A DNA stretch of 10,623 bases from a bacterium (GTDB lineage Bacteria > Hinthialibacterota > Hinthialibacteria > Hinthialibacterales > Hinthialibacteraceae). The notes beneath the pieces were generated by a model. That model ran no database searches. It was given only the letters and a program-made list of their open reading frames with translations, and was not told the DNA's origin. The translations under genes were made by a program, and so were the position numbers. Each line of letters opens with the position of its first letter. Within the stretch, counting starts at the first letter, position 1. Shown here one piece after another: positions 6,938 through 10,623 of the stretch. Where the stretch lies: NCBI GenBank assembly GCA_041946805.1, contig JBHGBC010000190.1:1-10623 (forward strand), read 5' to 3'.

Positions 6938-7144
6938 GGCATCGCGTTCCCGGAGAACGGATCAAACCCAACGGGATGATTCCCCTCTTCCCGGCGCGTG
7001 CCCGGGACCGATCGACACCGGAAAGCCTTCGCGGATTGTCATCCCCGCGCCGGCAAGGCTCCATTTGAAACCATTTCCCCAATTGCAGATCTTTCTCAGT
7101 ATTGATTCGGGGGATGAGCATGGACGGGAACGCGAAACGATTCC

Positions 7145-7180
7145 CTCTCCCTCTGGGAGATGATTAGGGTGAGGGATGCC
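7145..7180. repeat. REP/BoxC-like palindromic intergenic repeat, copy 2
   Basis: CTCTCCCTCTGGGAGATGATTAGGGTGAGGGATGCC matches 2734-2770. It overlaps a second perfect hairpin, GCCCT-GAA-AGGGC (7178-7190). Confidence 0.75.
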
Positions 7181-7315
7181 CTGAAAGGGCGCCATTCAGC
7201 CTCTCTCCGCCATCGAGTCAATAGTTGCATCCAATTTTTATATCCCTCTGATCTCTATGACATTTTCCCTCCTGTTACGATATTGTTATATAGAAAACAC
7301 TATAGGGCTGGCATC

Positions 7316-9310
7316 ATGCTGTTCATTCACGTTTTCTTGATCACCTTCGGATTTCTAGCCAGGTGGGCGGGGACCGCCTGGGGGGATGTGGTCATCAACG
7401 AACTGCATTACAACCCGGCGGATGACACCCCCACTGAATTCGTGGAACTGTTCAATCCCACTTCACAGACCATCCCTTTGAGGGGATATTCATTTACCAG
7501 TGGGATCTTTTTCTCGTTTCCGAACAATGCCCTGATCCGGCCAGGCGAATATATCCTGGTGACACGCTTCCCCCAGGCACCGGCGTGGCAAAACTTGACC
7601 GTCAGGAAATACGGTCCCTACAATGGTGAGTTGCCCAACGGCGGCGGCCGGATCCTGTTGCGCTCGCCGGATGGCCAGGCCGTGGACGAAGTGGAGTATG
7701 ACGACAAGCCCCCGTGGCCCCGGGGAGCGGATGAATACGGCTCTTCCCTGGAACGGATCGCACCGGATCTTCCCGGCACGGATCCCCATTCCTGGCGGGC
7801 TTCCATGACGGCGGGAGGAACGCCGGGGGCGCGTAACAGCGTGGCCGGGACGCCCCCGCGCCCCTTGCTGGCCGGCTTCGAGGTTCAACCTCCTTATCCA
7901 ACCTCTCGGGATGATGTACACATCCAAGTGACCCTGGACAGCCCCGATATCATTGCCTCCGTGAACCTGCGGATCGAACCGGTGCGGGGCAATACGGCCC
8001 AGGCGGTCCAGACGGTGGATATGACCTTGCTCTCATCCCTTTCCAGTCCGGATGCCGCCGTCTTCCAAGCCACGGCGCCGCCTCAGCCCTCGCAAACCTT
8101 GGTGCGGATGGGAGTGGAAGTACGCCTGGTGAGCGGCGATACTCTTTACCTGCCCCATCCCGCCGAACCCCGTCCGTTCGAATCGTACTTCGTGTATGAC
8201 CACGATATCCCCTCCGAGTTGCCCATCTTCTGGATTCATCAACGGGTGCGCACAATGCTGCCCCCCACGAGCAAGACGGTCTCCGGCGTGGCCGTGAAAT
8301 CCGTAACCGGCGATCATGTGCAGGTCTTCGATGGCGCGCGCATCGAAACCAGCCTCAACGGGAACAAGATCAAGTTCCTCAAACGGGAGGAATACCAGGG
8401 CAACCGCACGCTGAACCTGATCCCCGAACGGCCGCCCGAGGGCACCACCGCCGGCCCGCGGTCTCCCCACGTGGAACAACTGTCATTTCAGATTTTCCGC
8501 GATTTCGGTGTGTTGGCTCCGCAAACCGAATGGATCCGGGTGATCGACCGGAACCGGCACACCCAGCGGATCGTGATCCAGCAGCCCAACGAAAAGTTTC
8601 TGGAGTTGAACGGGCGCGATCCCACCGGCAACATCTACAAAATCGCCTACAACGAGCCCGGCGGATACACGAAAATGACCAATGTCCTCGAGGGGGATGA
8701 GGATTTTCAAGAGCTGATGCAAGCCCTGAACGCGGGCGGCGCCGCCGCGCGGGCCCTGGCGCTGCGCCGGTATTTGGACATCGAGGAAGTCATGTCCTAT
8801 GAAGTGGCCTCCGTGCTCATGAGCAACTGGGACGGTTTTCACAACAACCTGTTTTTGTATCACAATCCTATCCCCATTGACCGTTGGGAGTGCATTCCCT
8901 GGGATTTGGATAAAACGTTCGGATACGCCAACGCCTCGAGCACCATGTTCGTCCGCATGCCGCTGACTTTTCCTTTGGATGGACGTGCCGAGGAATCGTC
9001 TCGCGAGCCGGGCCGCATCTCGCGCCCGTTCCACCAGGACGCCGAAATGAACGCGGAATACATCCGGCGGCTGGGGCGGGATCTGAATGGATTATTTTCA
9101 GAAGCCCGGATCGGGGGATTGATCGATGGAATGGAGGACCTGCTGCTGCGGGACTTGGACCTGCTGGAACAATACACTCAAAAGGAACAACCACTCCGCC
9201 GGCAGCAGATCCGGGAGTCCCATGACCTCATGCGGATTTTCCTTCAACGCCGGCATGCTTATCTGCGCAGTGTATTACCCGTCGCCGTCGAAGACTGGAG
9301 TTTATACTGA
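7316..9310 (+). CDS. Predicted exported protein: signal peptide + lamin-tail domain (LTD) + probable beta-sandwich + CotH-family kinase domain, 664 aa
   Basis: The N-terminus MLFIHVFLITFGFLARWAGTAWG|DVVINELHYNP is signal-peptide-like. LTD signature VVINELHYNP..EFVELFN...GYSF...VDEVEYDD..PWP..AD..GSSLERI...GTPGARNS. CotH-like motifs GNIYK, YLDIEEVMSY, NWDGFHNNLFLY, IPWDLDKTFG. The ORF-track start at 7160 lies inside the repeat and was rejected. Confidence 0.85.
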   Translation: MLFIHVFLITFGFLARWAGTAWGDVVINELHYNPADDTPTEFVELFNPTSQTIPLRGYSFTSGIFFSFPNNALIRPGEYILVTRFPQAPAWQNLTVRKYGPYNGELPNGGGRILLRSPDGQAVDEVEYDDKPPWPRGADEYGSSLERIAPDLPGTDPHSWRASMTAGGTPGARNSVAGTPPRPLLAGFEVQPPYPTSRDDVHIQVTLDSPDIIASVNLRIEPVRGNTAQAVQTVDMTLLSSLSSPDAAVFQATAPPQPSQTLVRMGVEVRLVSGDTLYLPHPAEPRPFESYFVYDHDIPSELPIFWIHQRVRTMLPPTSKTVSGVAVKSVTGDHVQVFDGARIETSLNGNKIKFLKREEYQGNRTLNLIPERPPEGTTAGPRSPHVEQLSFQIFRDFGVLAPQTEWIRVIDRNRHTQRIVIQQPNEKFLELNGRDPTGNIYKIAYNEPGGYTKMTNVLEGDEDFQELMQALNAGGAAARALALRRYLDIEEVMSYEVASVLMSNWDGFHNNLFLYHNPIPIDRWECIPWDLDKTFGYANASSTMFVRMPLTFPLDGRAEESSREPGRISRPFHQDAEMNAEYIRRLGRDLNGLFSEARIGGLIDGMEDLLLRDLDLLEQYTQKEQPLRRQQIRESHDLMRIFLQRRHAYLRSVLPVAVEDWSLY

Positions 9311-9403
9311 TCCATTCCCCTCCATCGAGTGTCCCCATCCGGCGGAAACATCCGAAAAATCGTGGATTCCCCCTCCGCGGCATTCCAAAATCTCCACGGC
9401 CGT

Positions 9404-9409
9404 TATAAT
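9404..9409 (+). promoter_or_regulatory. Possible -10 element for the dehydrogenase gene
   Basis: Perfect TATAAT 50 nt upstream of ATG 9460; the -35 is weak (TTCCAA at 9383-9388, 15-nt spacer). Confidence 0.35.
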
Positions 9410-9459
9410 GGAGCCACGGAATCGCCCATTCGTTTGAAAACCATGGATTGGAGTCTCCC

Positions 9460-10491
9460 ATGCAGGCCGCCTTGCTCATCGCCCCTCACACCTTCGTGGT
9501 GCAAGACCATCCCCACCCCGAACCCCGCGGTGACGAAGTATTGGTCCGGGTCACGCACGCGGGTGTCTGCGGTTCGGATATCCATTTTTACGAATCGGGC
9601 CGCATCGGCGAAGTGGTGCTCACGCAGCCCTTCATCATGGGCCACGAGTTCAGCGGTGTGATCGAAATCCCCGCCGACAGTTCCTCCCTGGCGGCCGGAA
9701 CCCGGGTCGCCGTCGATCCCGCGGTGCCTTGCGGCCGCTGTTCGTTCTGCCGGGAAGGTCGATTCAACATCTGCCCGGACATCCGCTTCACGGGATTTCC
9801 CCCCTACCCCGGGGCGTTTTCCGAATACGTGGCCATCCCGGCGAAGAACGTCTTCCCCCTGCCGGACGCGGTCCCCGATACGGCCGGGCCTCTGCTGGAA
9901 ACGCTGTCCGTGGCCTTGCACGGCGTGGACCTGGTTCCGGAAGTGAAAGGCCGAACCTGCGCCGTCCTGGGCGCGGGGCCGGTGGGGTATCTCACCGCGC
10001 TGGTGCTGCTCCACCGGGGGGCAAACCTGATGCTGATCACGGAACCGGTTCCCGAACGCCGGGCCATCGTCGAGGCCAATCTCTGTTCCCATGTGTTCAA
10101 TCCCGCGGATACAGACGCCATCCGGGATCATCTGCGGGCCCATTCGGACCACGGCCCCGAATTCGTCTTCGAGGCGGCGGGCATGCCGGAATCGTTCCAA
10201 ATGGCGTTCGATCTCGCCCGGCCCGGCGGACGGGTGGCCATCTTCGGCATCTACCCCTCCGGCGCGCATGCCATCGACTTCACCAACGCCCGGCGCAAGG
10301 AACTGGAGGTGATTTTCATGCGCCGCTCGCTCCCCGCCAATTATCCGGTGGCCATCCGGCTGGTGGCTTCGGGCGGGATCAACCTCAACCCCCTCATGAC
10401 GCATCTGTTTCCGTTGGACAAAATCGCCCAGGCGTTTGACCTCGTGGCCCGCAAGCGCGACGGCGTGATGAAGGCCACGCTGGCGATCTGA
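9460..10491 (+). CDS. Zn-dependent medium-chain dehydrogenase, sorbitol/L-iditol (or threonine) dehydrogenase-like, 343 aa
   Basis: GVCGSDIH (catalytic Zn Cys), MGHEFSG, CGRCSFCREGRFNIC (structural Zn, 4 Cys), Rossmann GAGPVG, and an acidic residue in LITEP suggesting NAD(H). GGAG (9450-9453) lies 6 nt before ATG 9460. Confidence 0.92.
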   Translation: MQAALLIAPHTFVVQDHPHPEPRGDEVLVRVTHAGVCGSDIHFYESGRIGEVVLTQPFIMGHEFSGVIEIPADSSSLAAGTRVAVDPAVPCGRCSFCREGRFNICPDIRFTGFPPYPGAFSEYVAIPAKNVFPLPDAVPDTAGPLLETLSVALHGVDLVPEVKGRTCAVLGAGPVGYLTALVLLHRGANLMLITEPVPERRAIVEANLCSHVFNPADTDAIRDHLRAHSDHGPEFVFEAAGMPESFQMAFDLARPGGRVAIFGIYPSGAHAIDFTNARRKELEVIFMRRSLPANYPVAIRLVASGGINLNPLMTHLFPLDKIAQAFDLVARKRDGVMKATLAI

Positions 10492-10623
10492 TAGGAGAGC
10501 CGATTGTCTTCAACCTAGCGAAAACCACCCGGTCCCAGTCCCATACTGAACCGGATGCGTAACTCCTGAATCCGTGAACTAAGATTCCCAAAAAATCGCG
10601 GCGGAACTTACATCACGAAAAAT

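Noticed and set aside
7160..7315. 52-residue N-terminal extension of the CotH protein
   Set aside because: The ATG at 7160 is inside the repeat, the segment is AT-rich and promoter-like, and it would bury the signal peptide that starts at 7316.
9403..10439. ORFs 9403-10404 (-) and 9729-10439 (+)
   Set aside because: Shadows of the Zn-dehydrogenase gene.
10492..10623. Gene or terminator in the right-end spacer
   Set aside because: No convincing hairpin plus U-tract, and no recognisable coding frame in the 132 nt available.

Overview
GC-rich bacterial chromosomal window with seven protein genes and no rRNA, tRNA or CRISPR array. From left to right: (1) a minus-strand operon made of a DJ-1/PfpI (class I GATase-like) gene (1557-2381) and, 3 nt downstream, a benzoylformate-decarboxylase-like ThDP enzyme that starts at 1553 and runs off the left edge. 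The supplied ORF track misses this gene because its stop is outside the window. (2) A ~700-bp intergenic region with a sigma70-like promoter, a REP/BoxC-like palindromic repeat, an IS-end-like motif and a candidate 23-aa small ORF. (3) A divergent pair of response regulators with no kinase in the window: a single-domain DivK/CheY-like receiver and an NtrC-type sigma54 activator with a variant NAFTGA loop. (4) malQ (GH77 4-alpha-glucanotransferase). (5) A hairpin-dense spacer with a second copy of the repeat. (6) A predicted exported lamin-tail-domain + CotH-kinase protein ending in PVAVEDWSLY. (7) A Zn-dependent sorbitol/iditol-dehydrogenase-like MDR enzyme. The best candidates for undescribed biology are the coupled DJ-1 + ThDP-enzyme module of unknown pathway and the C-terminal V-x-x-W-x-L-Y tail, a possible lineage-specific sorting signal. 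All calls come from reading motifs by eye; no database search was run.
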